Shown piece by piece: positions 26,986-39,465 of a DNA stretch of 64,000 bases (position 1 is the stretch's first letter; each line of letters opens with the position of its first letter). The stretch covers positions 5,332,001-5,396,000 of the forward strand of contig CATNEN010000003.1 of assembly GCA_950097015.1 (NCBI GenBank). Direction: 5' to 3'. The DNA is from Macrostomum hystrix. Taxonomy: Eukaryota > Animalia > Platyhelminthes. Under the pieces are notes generated by a model. It worked only from the letters and a program-made list of their open reading frames with translations. It searched no databases and was not told the DNA's origin. The position numbers and the translations under genes were made by a program.

Positions 26986-28474
26986 TTAATAATAGGCGTA
27001 GGTGTAGGTGGCGTAGGTGGGCCAAAGTTGCAAACTCTGAAGGGTATACATTGTGTACTAACTTGAAATGACGAACGTGTCAAATAAAGTGTTCGCGCGT
27101 GTCACCACTGCATCATTTTAGTGACGGGAATATAACTGATTCATGGGTCACGCGATAGTTTGAGATGTAAACACAACACGTAACAATGTGCATTTATCAT
27201 TTCATGATCATGCATCACATGTTATTTGTCAATACTCTCGTATACCTGTCGAATGCACGTGCGTGATACAGCTAGAGTCTATCATGACAACATCGACTAT
27301 TTGTGTAAGCCTTAGTAAACATATATACAAAAGCAAGGGTTAATTAGTGATGATGACAGCTTGTCAGTATAGTTGTCGTTCCTATTATTTACGAGCTAAA
27401 ACTGGTCTTTGCAGTAGAAGTATAATTACAGACAAACAGTAGAGTTGAAATAGCCTATCTGCAGCTGAGAGAAAGTTAGAAATATTTTAGCCTACGTCAC
27501 AGAAGCTGGCTCACTGCATTATTTAGATTACATATTCTCTCAACTTATAACATGGATTATGATATAATTAAATTGGGATTTTAAGATGCGAATCACAATA
27601 TTAACTTATTATGCACGACGTGGGGCAAATTCAATAATAATATATGGATGCGTATCATCAATAAGGCTTGAAGCAACGTGACTTAAAGAATGTCACAGCC
27701 TCACAAAAAGTAGGCCTTTTCTGTATAATTATAGCTCGTCTGAAGGCAGAATATTCTTTTGTCTAAAAAATTCCTTTGCATACAGCGTTTCTGCTTTAAG
27801 AACTGGACAAAAAAAGATGTACATGTAACAGCCAACGACTCTATCTGGCAATTTTTGAGAACCCTTCTTATCGAACATTTATATTGAGTTCAATCATGAA
27901 CACGATGAACTGATCTGGTCAACAATTGATTTAAGACAATTAAAGAGTATATATTTTCAAATTATAGGCCAACAAATAATTCTTTAACTTTATGCAACAA
28001 TCTATGTATGCATATATTGTAGATTTGAATTAACTTTAAAATCAATTCAATTGGAGGAAAATCATTAATTCAATTATACTACTATTAGTAAGAGTTTAAC
28101 AGTCACTTGATAAGGGCACCAAAAACGCCGTTGGAATTGCATCATGATCGCGTATGCAAGGGATTCTGTAATAACCAAGAGGTCAGTAGTTCGTTTCCCA
28201 CCCTAGGTATCCAAAAACAGTGAATTTATTGTTGATTAAATAAATGTTGCAGCATTAAAGGCAGAAAATTTAAAATATTGCAACGAAACCATTAGTATTG
28301 TAACGAAAATCACTTTAAAATAAGGAACATTATTATAAAAATTCTAAATAAGAAATGGATACTACTTACGTCATAAATACGAGTAATTATTAAGCCAGGG
28401 TCAAGTTTAATTCATAGATATATCATCATCGCATAGATACATCGTTAGCAAGCAGTCCAAAGTTAGACCCTAGC

Positions 28475-28870
28475 AGCCGAAGTGGCAGAGCCGTAAATGC
28501 GATGGCCTCTCGCATCCGATTGGTATGTTTCCAGCGTTCGGCTGTTTCTTTTTCTGGAAACACCGCAGATTCCAACTGGAATCACCCAAAGAAACATCCC
28601 AATTTTTAGCGGGTCATTTGGGTCGCAGCAGCGAAGAGAAGGATTGGGGGATTGTCGTGTAATTTACACTCTTGAGGGCCAACCTCCAAGGCACAGTGAC
28701 GGTGTAAACTGCCTGGCGATGAGAAAGTCGGGGCAGATGTACACGCCCTGCGCGCGATTGCTCAGGAGTCAGCGAAATGGGCAGAATTGCCTCCTCGCTG
28801 GTAGCAGGTCTAGTGCCACCAAACAATGTGCCATTGCCCCGCAGCCCTCCTGCAATTACTATTATTTATT
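28475..28870 (+). mobile_element. SINE family 1 copy (diverged, with altered region after the head)
   Basis: GTGGCAGAGC...GCCTCTCGCA head and a body matching 57354-57723 (GAGGGCCAACCTCCAAGGCACAGTG...CTCAGGAGTCAGCGAAATGGGCAGAA), ending in an ATT-rich tail. Confidence 0.85.
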
Positions 28871-29035
28871 CTCAGGCAAATGTTCAATGCTGAATGATAA
28901 CATGCTGCAAGTTCATCATGATCAGTAAGTACTGTTAGAGAATAATACGATACACTTATAGTCGTCTTACTTTAGACTGCTGCCGAGGCACAAGAAATTT
29001 AAACGGTCATTGTATTCAACTAAATTGTATGTTTA

Positions 29036-30640
29036 CTATTGTTCATTGCCTGTGAGTTCCAAGATGATTTTACGAGCGCGCTCGATACCATTAGAAGCCA
29101 AATTATTACCTGGACTTGGCAATTGTTTAGAAACCAAATCCAATCGGTTAGCGCAGGCCAATTTCAGCAGAATTTGTTCAATGGTTGAGCAACGCGAAAC
29201 ATTGCGCGGCGATAGGGCATTGTTGTTTAAAGCGTCCGAAGACAAACGGTCAAGAGTGAGCCAGCCACCAGAATTGGCAGCTTGAGACAGCTCCGACTGT
29301 AGCATTAGCAATTGTGGCGCAAGAGTTTCAGTCTCAGCTGCTGGACTCTGTTTTGCTGGTGTGGAGGGCGGACTAACACCTGCCGATGGCAACAGGTTCA
29401 AGTTTTTACGATGCTTGGTACCATTTGGATGATCCCTTAAAGCCTGATCACCACTTATGCTTATATTGCAGAGTTCACAAAAGTATTGACTCTTGGTAGG
29501 ATTTTTCACGACAATGTAACGGTCTTGGGTGCTGCTATTGAGCACAGTAGTTGTACCGGAGGCTGAAGCAACGGTTGTTACAGTCTCATCTGATGCAATA
29601 AAACCAGTTTGATTAGTTGCCAAGTCGGCTGCTGCGGCACCAGAAGAGTTCTGTTGCATGGAATACTTCTTTTTGTGCTGTGAGCCACTCAAATGTTTCT
29701 GATAATTGTCATCTCCAGATATTTGCACATTGCAGATGTCACAAAAAAATAGCGCCTGTTTTGCACCATTATCAAGTGCAAGTGCTTTTTGGTGCCGCTG
29801 TCCACTCAAATGTGTTTGCCAATTATCTGGCCCACCTGGCACAGAACAAACGCAAGTGTTACAGAAGCTGGCTTGTGGCTGCAGCTGCAGTGATGATTGT
29901 GGCTGCTGCAGTGATGGTTGTGGCTGCTGCAGTGATGGTTGTGGCTGCTGCAGTGATGGTTGTGGATGCTGCAGTGATGGTTGTGGCTGCTGCAGTGATG
30001 CTTGTGGCTGCTGCAGTGATGGTTGTGGATGCTGCAGTGATGGTTGTGGCTGCTGCAGTGATGCTTGTGGCTGCTGCAGTGATGGTTGTGGCTGCTGCAG
30101 TGATAGTTGTGGCTGCTGCAGTGATGGTTGTGGCTGCTGCAGTGATGGTTGTGGCTGCTGCAGTGATGGTTGTGGCTGCTGCAGTGATGCTTGTGGCTGC
30201 TGCAGTGATGGTTGTGGCTGCTGCAGTGATGGTTGTGGCAGCTGCAGTGATGGTTGTGGCTGCTGCAGTGATGGTTGTGGCTGCTGCAGTGATGGTTGTG
30301 GCTGCTGCAGTGATGGTTGTGGCTGCTGCAGTGATGGTTGTGGCTGCTGCAGTGATGGTTGTGGCTGCTGCAGTGATGCTTGTGACTGCTGCAGTGATGG
30401 TTGTGGCTGCTGCAGTGATGGTTGTGGCTGCTGCAGTGATGGTTGTGACGAATTCTGTCGATATTGCTGTGTCTGCTGCTGCTGATGCAGGTATTGCTGA
30501 GATGGCTGTAGCTTTTGCTGCTCCTCTTCGATTATTTTCACTTTGTTCAGGTGCTTTTTTCCAATATTATGTTGCTCGAGAGCCTCTCGACAACTGCACG
30601 ATACGTGACAAATCTCACATATGAATTTTGAGTCGGCCAT
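29036..30640 (-). CDS. matrin/U1-type C2H2 zinc-finger protein (ZNF346/ZNF385/ZFR-like, likely RNA-binding) with four fingers and a QPSLQQP repeat linker
   Basis: Single ORF with ATG at 30640 (MADSKF). Four Cx2C...Hx2Gx2H fingers (CEIC..HNIGKKH, CNTC..HLSGQRH, CDIC..HLSGSQH, CELC..HPNGTKH). Acceptor ttgcag 37 nt upstream of the ATG. Confidence 0.85.
   Translation of the reverse strand: MADSKFICEICHVSCSCREALEQHNIGKKHLNKVKIIEEEQQKLQPSQQYLHQQQQTQQYRQNSSQPSLQQPQPSLQQPQPSLQQSQASLQQPQPSLQQPQPSLQQPQPSLQQPQPSLQQPQPSLQQPQPSLQLPQPSLQQPQPSLQQPQASLQQPQPSLQQPQPSLQQPQPSLQQPQLSLQQPQPSLQQPQASLQQPQPSLQHPQPSLQQPQASLQQPQPSLQHPQPSLQQPQPSLQQPQPSLQQPQSSLQLQPQASFCNTCVCSVPGGPDNWQTHLSGQRHQKALALDNGAKQALFFCDICNVQISGDDNYQKHLSGSQHKKKYSMQQNSSGAAAADLATNQTGFIASDETVTTVASASGTTTVLNSSTQDRYIVVKNPTKSQYFCELCNISISGDQALRDHPNGTKHRKNLNLLPSAGVSPPSTPAKQSPAAETETLAPQLLMLQSELSQAANSGGWLTLDRLSSDALNNNALSPRNVSRCSTIEQILLKLACANRLDLVSKQLPSPGNNLASNGIERARKIILELTGNEQ
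29878..30448. repeat. 21-bp in-frame minisatellite (GGCTGCTGCAGTGATGGTTGT) encoding QPSLQQP
   Basis: About 27 units inside the zinc-finger ORF. Confidence 0.95.
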
Positions 30641-30782
30641 GGACAAAGTCTGCTTGGCGTTGATTATGTTTTAAATTCTGCAAGGCGAAAATTGGGTAAC
30701 TATAAAAACAAAATAAATGAACATAAAAGACTACCTACTTTTTGTGTAACGTAGAAAAAAATCGGATACAAAAAACTGTCGG

Positions 30783-31100
30783 ATGGCTGTGCGCCATCAT
30801 TTGGTGACACTAGACCCGCAGCCAGCGAGGAGGCAATTCTGCCCATTTTGCTGACTCCTGAGCACACACGCACACAGATACTGTACGCAGGCACACACTC
30901 ACACAGGGTGTGTACATCTGCCCTGACTTTCTCATCGTCAGGCAGTGTACACTCTCACTGTGCCTTGGAGGTTGGCCCTCAAGGGCGTAAATTGCACGAC
31001 AAGCCCACAAGCCTTCTCTCTGCGGCTGCGCCCCAAATGAATGTGGCCTCGCCAAGGAATCGAGCTTAGGGACCTGAGGGATAAAGGCGACTGCGCTAAT
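30783..31100 (-). mobile_element. SINE family 1 copy (diverged head)
   Basis: Reverse-complement match to the body of 57354-57723. Confidence 0.88.
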
Positions 31101-31839
31101 CGCACTGCGACTCAGCCTCACAAACTCATATAGAATCGTATTGAGTCTAAAAAAATCTATATAAAGCAGATAAAAAATATGGAACTATTGACACTCGCGT
31201 TTTATTAAAGTCTAGCTATTATACAATCAATTTATTAAACTAACCATATTGACAAGCTAGTGATAATAAAAAGTGAAAAAACGGAAACCGGATGCAAAAT
31301 GTCGGCGCGATAAACCCGAAACCATGTTGCGCATGGGAGAATTTCCGAATTTCGCTGTCCTTCTGATGCAAAAAAATAAACAATGTTTTGACAGCAAAAT
31401 GCTAAGTTAATCGTAGCTTTATCGTTAAAAGTTATTTATGCTAATATTGATAAAACTGCTTAAAAGGCGTTTGGATAATTTAAAACGATAAAAGCTTGGT
31501 TAAAAATATTTATCTTTTTTAGCTTTATGATCTATCTACGAGTAACTACTGTTAGTAGCAATACGCAAAGAAAAAAGTTATGACTCTAACTAATGAAAAA
31601 TTTAGTCTATATAAATTTTATAATGTATTTTAATGAACCAATTCTTTTATTTATAGCATGATTATGTTTAACTAAGCAAAAAAGTAAAGTACACTATGAC
31701 TAAAAAGTAACAAAAGTTCGTGTAAAATATGACAAACATAATCTTCAAAAAGATGGTATTGACAAAAAATTGGCTCAAACTGTTAACCAAATATCATTCC
31801 TTAATTTCGGATAACAAAGAACGAAAAAAAAACTAAATT

Positions 31840-33878
31840 ATAGCTGCGGTTCCTGCTACGATTCTAGCTGCGGTTCCTTCTACGATTCTAGCTGCGGTTC
31901 CTGCTACGATTCTAGCTGCAGATCCCGCTACGATTCTCGTTGCAGATCCCGCTACGATTCTAGCTACGATCTTACTACGATTCTAGCTACGGATCTTGCT
32001 ACGATTCTAGCTACGATTCTAGCTACGGATCTTGCTACGATTCTAGCTGCAGATCTTGCTACGATTCTAGCTGCTGATCTTGCTACGATTCTAGCTGCAG
32101 ATCTTGCTACGATTCTAGCTACGATTCTAGCTACGGATCTTGCTACGATTCTAGCTACGGATCCTGCTACGATTCTAGCTGCAGATCTTGCTACGATTCT
32201 AGCTGCTGATCTTGCTACGATTCTAGCTGCAGATCTTGCTACGATTCTAGCTGCTGATCTTGCTTTGATTCTAGCTGCAGATCTTGCTACGATTCTAGCT
32301 GCAGATCTTGCTTTGATTCTAGCTGCTGATCTTGCTACGATTCTAGCTGCGACTCCTGCTACGATTCTAGCTGCAGATCCCGCTACGATTCTCGTTGCAG
32401 ATCCCGCTACGATTCTAGCTACGGATCTTACTACGATTCTAGCTACGGATCTTGCTACGATTCTAGCTACGATTCTAGCTACGGATCTTGCTACGATTCT
32501 AGCTGCAGATCTTGCTACGATTCTAGCTGCTGATCTTGCTACGATTCTAGCTGCAGATCTTGCTACGATTCTAGCTACGATTCTAGCTACGGATCTTGCT
32601 ACGATTCTAGCTACGGATCCTGCTACGATTCTAGCTGCAGATCTTGCTACGATTCTAGCTGCTGATCTTGCTACGATTCTAGCTGCAGATCTTGCTACGA
32701 TTCTAGCTGCTGATCTTGCTACGATTCTATCTGCAGATCTTGCTACGATTCTAGCTGCAGATCTTGCTTTGATTCTAGCTGCTGATCTTGCTACGATTCT
32801 AGCTGCAGATCTTGCTACGATTTTAGCTGCAGATCTTGCTACGATTCTAGCTGCGACTCCCGCTACGATTCTAGCTGCGACTCCCGCTACGATTCTAGCT
32901 GCAGATCTTGCTACGATTCTAGCTGCAGATCTTGCTACGATTTTAGCTGCAGATCTTGCTACGATTCTAGCTGCGACTCCCGCTACGATTCTAGCTGCGA
33001 CTCCCGCTACGATTCTAGCTGCAGATCTTGCTACGATTCTAGCTGCAGATCTTGCTTTGATTCTAGCTGCTGATCTTGCTACGATTCTAGCTACGGATCT
33101 TGCTACGATTCTAGCTGCAGATCTTGCTACGATTCTAGCTGCTGATCTTGCTACGATTCTAGCTGCAGATCTTGCTACGATTCTAGCTACGATTCTAGCT
33201 ACGGATCTTGCTACGATTCTAGCTACGGATCCTGCTACGATTCTAGCTGCAGATCCCGCTACGATTCTCGTTGCAGATCCCGCTACGATTCTAGCTACGG
33301 ATCTTGCTACGATTCTAGCTACGGATCTTGCTACGATTCTAGCTACGGATCTTGCTACGATTCTAGCTACGATTCTAGCTACGGATCTTGCTTCGATTCT
33401 AGCTGCGGATCCTGCTACGATTCTAGCTGCGGATCTTGCTTTGATTCTAGCTGCGGATCTTGCTTTGATTCTAGCTGCGGATCTTGCTTTGATTCTAGCT
33501 GCGGATCTTGCTTTGATTCTAGCTGCGGATCTTGCTTTGATTCTAGCTGCTGATCTTGCTTTGATTCTAGCTGCGGATCCTGCTACGATTCTAGCTGCGG
33601 ATCCTGCTACGATTCTAGCTGCGACTCCTGATACGATTCTAGCTGCGACTCCCGCTACGATTCTAGCTGCGGATCCTGCTACGATTCTAGCTGCGACTCC
33701 TGATACGATTCTAGCTGCGACTCCCGCTACGATTCTAGCTGCGACTCCCGCTACGATTCTAGCTGCGACTCCCGCTACGATTCTAGCTGCGGATCCTGCT
33801 ACGATTCTAGCTGCGACTCCTGATACGATTCTAGCTGGAGATCTTGCTACGATTCTAGCTGCGACTCCTGCTACGATT
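31840..33878. repeat. 24-bp minisatellite CTAGCTGCAGATCTTGCTACGATT (12-bp subunits)
   Basis: About 85 units downstream of the HGD stop. Source of the spurious [11 protein letters not shown]. Confidence 0.96.
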
Positions 33879-34022
33879 ATATCAGACAGTTTTGTATTTT
33901 ACTATAAGTGATTAGTTTTTGCATTACTTTCTTCTTATATTTAGCACAAGGAAAAAGAACGCAAATGAAATAGCATTGAATATCCAGTTTTTGAGTCGAT
34001 TCTGCCAAAAAAAGATTTCTCG

Positions 34023-37000
34023 TTACTTGCTTTCAGCACCGGCGGCGGGTCCAGTAAAGTGCTTCTTCAATCCCTGCCAGCATTTGTAGTAGTTTTTGTC
34101 TAATCTTTCGCAGGTTCGATTAGCCCAACCTGTAACAGCCAAGCTCAGAGAGGACTCAAACATAAACGACATTGTGCCACCGGCGACACGTTGTGGCGCC
34201 AGGTCAGCGTTTGACGCTTTTTCAAAGCAGTCGGCATCCGGACCATGCGGAGTCATCATGGAGTGCAGGGTGGCCCCGCCGGGCAAGAAGCCCTCCTCCT
34301 TGGCCTCGTAGCTGCCGTAGATGAGGCCCATGAATTCGCTCATGCAGTTGCGGTGATAATAGGGCGGCCGGAATGTGCGCTCTGCGACGCCCCAACGCGG
34401 CGGAAATATCACGAAGTCGCACAGCGCTGTGCCGACCTGTAACAGTACTTATTATACGCTTAATGGATTGAGATTTTTTAACAAGTGAAGGATGGGCGAG
34501 ATTTTTCAATCCTGGGTAGGTTAGACTTATTAAGAAAGCAGAGATTTTGAGACAGGTGAGATTTGTAGACAGATGAGATTTTGAGACAGATGAGATTTTG
34601 AGACAGGTGAGATTTTGAGACAGATGAGATTTTGAGACAGATGAGATTTTGAGAAAGTAGAGATTTTGAGACAGGTGAGATTTTGAGAAAGTAGAGATTT
34701 TGAGAAAGTAGAGATTTTGAGACAGGTGAGATTTTGAGACAGATTAGATTTTGAGAAAGTAGAGATTTTGATAAAGTAGAGATTTTGAGACAGGTGAGAT
34801 TTTGAGACAGGTGAGATTTTGAGACAGGTGAGATTTTGAGACAGGTGAGATTTGGGGACAAGTGAGATTTTGAGACAGGTGAGATTTTGAGACAGGTGAG
34901 ATTTTAAGACAGGTGAGATTTTAAAACGGGTGTTTAAGTTGAGTTTTTGAGACAGTTCGGATGTTTAAAAATGTGGAACTCTAAGAAATTATTCTTTTTC
35001 AACAACGGAAAGGGAATTAATTTACCTTGGCTCCGGGACACGTTAGAACTGTGAATATACTAGGATCCATGTGATCGACAGACACGGAATTGACCACAAC
35101 AAAATTAGCCAAATCGTATTTGTACGGCGCGTAGTTTCCGTGCCAGGCGACAACATCGAACGGAGAATGGCCCTGCTTGGCTGAGAACAGGGCGCCCTGG
35201 TATTTGCCGACAATCTGGAAGCCATCAGAGACCTCCCTATCCTCGTACCAGGCCACGGGAGTTAAAAAATCCCTGGGATTTGCCAGACCATTGGCTCCTA
35301 TTGGGCCGAGGCCTGGCAACACAAAATGATTGCCCCACACTTCCAGGATGTAGCCGCGGCTAGGACCAGATACGTCAACGGAGAACCGAATGCCGTGCTG
35401 GATTACGCATACTTCACGAGGCCGTAACTGCAATACGGGATTCGTACGATTGCTTCGATTCTAGCTGCGGATCTTGCTTTGATTCTAGCTGCTGATCTTG
35501 CTTTGATTCTAGCTGCTGATCTTGCTTTGATTCTAGCTGCTGATCTTGCTTTGATTCTAGCTGCTGATCTTGCTACGATTCTAGCTGCAGATCTTGCTAC
35601 GATTCTAGCTGCTGATCTTGCTACGATTCTAGCTGCTGATCTTGCTTTGATTCTAGCTGCGGATCTTGCTTTGATTCTAGCTGCTGATCTTGCTACGATT
35701 TTAGCTGCTGATCTTGCTACGATTCTAGCTGCTGATCTTGCTACGATTCTAGCTGCTGATCTTGCTTTGATTCTAGCTGCGGATCTTGCTTTGATTCTAG
35801 CTGCTGATCTTGCTACGATTTTAGCTGCTGATCTTGCTACGATTCTAGCTGCTGATCTTGCTACGATTCTAGCTGCTGATCTTGCTACGATTCTAGCTGC
35901 GGATCCTGCTTTGATTCTAGCTGCTGATCTTGCTACGATTCTAGCTGCTGATCTTGCTACGATTCTAGCTGCTGATCTAGCAACGATTCTAGCTGAATAT
36001 CATCTTGCCAAGATGATATTCATCGCACCTGAATCTTGCCCATCTCGGTGGTGATGAGGAGTTCACCCTGCTGCGGCACCAGCAGGAAATCACCGTCCGC
36101 ATTGTAAAACGCCCGGTCCTTCATGCTGGCATTGCAGGCGTAGACGTGAATCGCTGCTCCGTAGCGAGTCTTAGGATCGCCAGCGCCGCATAATGTCGAC
36201 AGGCCATCAACAAAGTCGACGCGCGATTCGCCAACGGCTGGGATGGTGAATGGCAGCCAGCGAAGCTGATTGGGATTCGGCGGTTCGGCATTGAACTCCG
36301 AAGAGAAATGCTTCGGCGCCGAGTCGACTGGGGCGAACGGTTCGTGCAGAGCGCTGGGCCGGATCCTATACAGCCAGACTCTCTCGTTGGACTCGCGTGG
36401 CGCAGTGAACGCCGTGCCAGACAGCTGTTCAGCGTACAGGCCGTATGCGCAGCGCTGCAGATTGTTCTGACCATGCGGCGGTAGAGATCTGGGGCAGCGA
36501 GGATCTTCAGTGGCGAATTCATTGCCAAAACCACTTTGATACTGCAGTAGTGGGGTGGCATAGGAATTCTATTATGACTAATAATATGGTTTGATAGATA
36601 AAGGTTCCATATGGAGAGGCCACATTTAATTGGGGCACAGCAGTAGAGAGAAGGCTTGGGGGCTTGACGATTCAGGCACAATGAAATTGTACACTGCCTG
36701 ACGATGAGAAAGTCAGGGCAGATGCACACACCTATGTGAGTGTGTGCCTGTGTGTGTACAGTATCTGTGTGCATGCTTCCTCAGGAGTCAGTGGCATGAG
36801 CAGAATTGCCTCTTTGAAGGCTGGTTAGGTCCAGTGTCAAAAAAATCATTGAGCAATTGCCTGCAGCCATAGCAATTATTACTATTCTGCTTTTTGCATA
36901 TTTTTCTGTATGGCAAGAGTTATGTAGATAAAGGTGGGTGAGACATTTATTTCAAGTATGGAGGATCAATGGTTTACTGCAGACCTGCAGACATGCTATG

Positions 37001-37984
37001 CTAGGGTCTTCATACGGTTTTACTCATTCAGAATTTTTTTTTCTTTTCCTTTGAAAGAATATGTACACCCTTGGCTTAAATCTGCTTCGAACAAGCAAAA
37101 AATTAATAGGTAAAAAAATTTTTACAATACTAACTATAGTAGTCTCAAATTGTGTCTATTTTAAGGCAGATAAAAACTAGCTTTTAAATACATTGATGGC
37201 GCATTAGATCCACTTTTAAAAATCTTACTCTTGTTATTTAAAATTACTAATAGGCCCACAGGGCTATTCATAACTTTCATAATTCATAAGCCTAACTAAA
37301 AATTGCCAAAAGTATAAACACAAAGGATTTTGTCAACTGAAAAAGCAATCTGCCTGTCCTGCCTATATTGAGCGAACTAGAACAAAGAATAAAAGCTAAT
37401 TAGGCATTGAGAAAGAGTTACAGTTAACTAAGTAACCTAACCTACAACTATGTAAGATCACAATTAATCTAAGGCCAAACTTTATCATAACCTAATATAA
37501 CAAAATAAATCAAGCTTGATTAATTATTTAAGCAAAAAAGAAAGAGGAAAAAGTTATGATACAGATGAAGAGAGAATGAATTGCCATGACCTTCTGAGTC
37601 ATTGGAAGGCCTTATTATTGAACTGAGTGCCTATAAGTGTGAACAGTGCTTGAAACCCTCTTGTGCCAAGTGAATTAACTGCTACTGCAAACTTCATAAA
37701 AGTATAACTTTATAAGGAAATTCTAACTTTCCTTTGGCTTTGCTCTGACTGACCCTAGCTCTGTGTAGACGTGTAGTCTAAATCTTTGATAGACCTGGCA
37801 ATCAATTCAACAGTTAGTTACTAAAAGTTACTAAAATTTGAATTACCATAACGTGATAACATTTAACACAATTTATAAGAAAACGTACTTTAAAATCCTC
37901 AACGAACACTTCACTTCCTGGATCTGCTGCTTTGACAACTTTTGATTCGGCAGCTTTTGCTGGAGTCTTACTGGTGCGCTTCAT
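34023..37984 (-). CDS. HGD: homogentisate 1,2-dioxygenase (474 aa as reconstructed)
   Basis: Exons 37984-37889, 36541-36029, 35427-35026, 34436-34023, all phase 0 and GT-AG. Contains [92 protein letters not shown] and [15 protein letters not shown] (Fe ligands present). The first coding exon is the least certain. Possible 5'UTR exon with donor at about 38097. Confidence 0.96.
34540..34925. repeat. 17-bp minisatellite GAGATTTTGAGACAGGT in the last HGD intron
   Basis: About 22 units. Confidence 0.95.
35455..35995. repeat. 24-bp minisatellite in HGD intron, same family as 31840-33878
   Basis: CTAGCTGCTGATCTTGCT(AC/TT)GATT units. Confidence 0.95.
36600..36885 (+). mobile_element. SINE family 1 copy, 5'-truncated and internally deleted, in HGD intron
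   Basis: GAGGCCACATTT...GAGAGAAGGCTTGGGGGCTTG...GTACACTGCCTGACGATGAGAAAGTCAGGGCAGATG...CAATTATT tail. Confidence 0.85.
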
Positions 37985-39214
37985 TGTTAGTCCCTTGCAA
38001 CTAATAGCAGTTAAAAATTTCAAAAAGTTTTTAATAAGAAACAAATGTAATAAGGTAGAAATTATTGAGAATATAAAATTCGTTCAGCCTCACTTACTTG
38101 TCTTGAAATTAGTTTCGTAATAGTTGAGCGGCGAAAAGCAAGCTGGATTCTGGTTTCTAAGAATGAATGCTTTTGTGTGAGTGCGTATTTTACGATTAAG
38201 CTATGAATGCCTAAAAAATTGTTTGTTTTTCGGTCAGCAACTCAGCATACGTAAAATATGATTGTTGTTTAAATGTATTATTTTTTTGTACTGTAAGTAT
38301 AATGATGTAGTGAAATGTAATACTTTAATTGCTTATCGCAGTCAGTAAGATCTCATTACTGATCAATAGAAAATAAACTAAAATAATTTAAAATACCTGA
38401 TTAACCAATGCGCTTGACTTAAATTTGCTAAAAATTTGCTTCTATCATCGAAACTTATGCATATTATCAATGCGTGACTTGCACAATGCGTTTTCTTGTT
38501 AAATTATATTTTGCAGCTTTTTACAAAGCTGCAGTCATTCTAGTTAAGATTCAAAACAACAAAAGAGTTTATGATTGTACACACATTATGTACGGGATTT
38601 ATGGAGCAGCGACTTAAAACAAAAACTATAATTATAATTGCAGGATAGTTGCGCGCAATGGCACATAGGGTTAGGGGTTAGGTTAGCAAATGCGTCAGAC
38701 CGCACTGCTACTGCACCACAACCCCGACTTAGATAGAGACTAAATGTATGTCTCCTGTAAAGACTAGTTTACTTCTTCTGTACTCTAAAAATTAGAGAGC
38801 TAGGGCTTGCACACGAGTGGCATGAAGCTAATTAAAATGTAATTGCATGCCTGATGGGGATCAGGACCCGGTCGCTGATGGATGTGAGGCAACCCATCTC
38901 GATGGGGATCAGTTGCGATGTTTCTGAACTGCTTCTCAATTTTACAAAGGCAACTGAACCGCTGAAGAGTACAGCTAAATCTGAAAGATGAGAAGTTCTT
39001 TTAGAATTAGGTTGAAACACGCGCCTTACTGGACAATAATATAAGTATTCGCATCGTTTAACGGCCTTGAAATATAATTTATCATTACGAAAAATAGCTA
39101 GGGCAACAAGCTGCGAAATGCTTAAGGTGTGGTGTACCCAATGTAAAATAGCGTAAAATACTGTTGAATGACAAGAGCTTTTCTCACGCTCTTGAAAAAA
39201 AACGGACAATCAAC

Positions 39215-39465
39215 GTCACACCCTGCCTGATCCCAGACAATATCTGTGTCTGTCACACCCTGCCTGATCCCAGACAATATCTGTGTCTGTCACACCCTGC
39301 CTGATCCCAAGACAATATCTGTGTCTGTCACACCCTGCCTGATCCCAGACAAAATCTGTGTCTGTCACACCCTGCCTGATCCCAGACAATATCTGTGTCT
39401 GTCACACCCTGCCTGATCCCAGACAATATCTGTGTCTGTCACACCCTGCCTGATCCCAGACAATA
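39215..39465. repeat. 37-bp minisatellite GTCACACCCTGCCTGATCCCAGACAATATCTGTGTCT
   Basis: About 6.8 near-identical units. Confidence 0.95.

Noticed and set aside
29036-29320. Z-alpha domain at the zinc-finger protein C-terminus
   Set aside because: Lacks the NxxLY and PPxW signatures.
29706-30485. Metallothionein-like CCSDGCG ORF
   Set aside because: Antisense reading of the QPSLQQP repeat within the zinc-finger gene.
38665-38686. Telomere-like TTAGGG
   Set aside because: Only 2-3 imperfect units.
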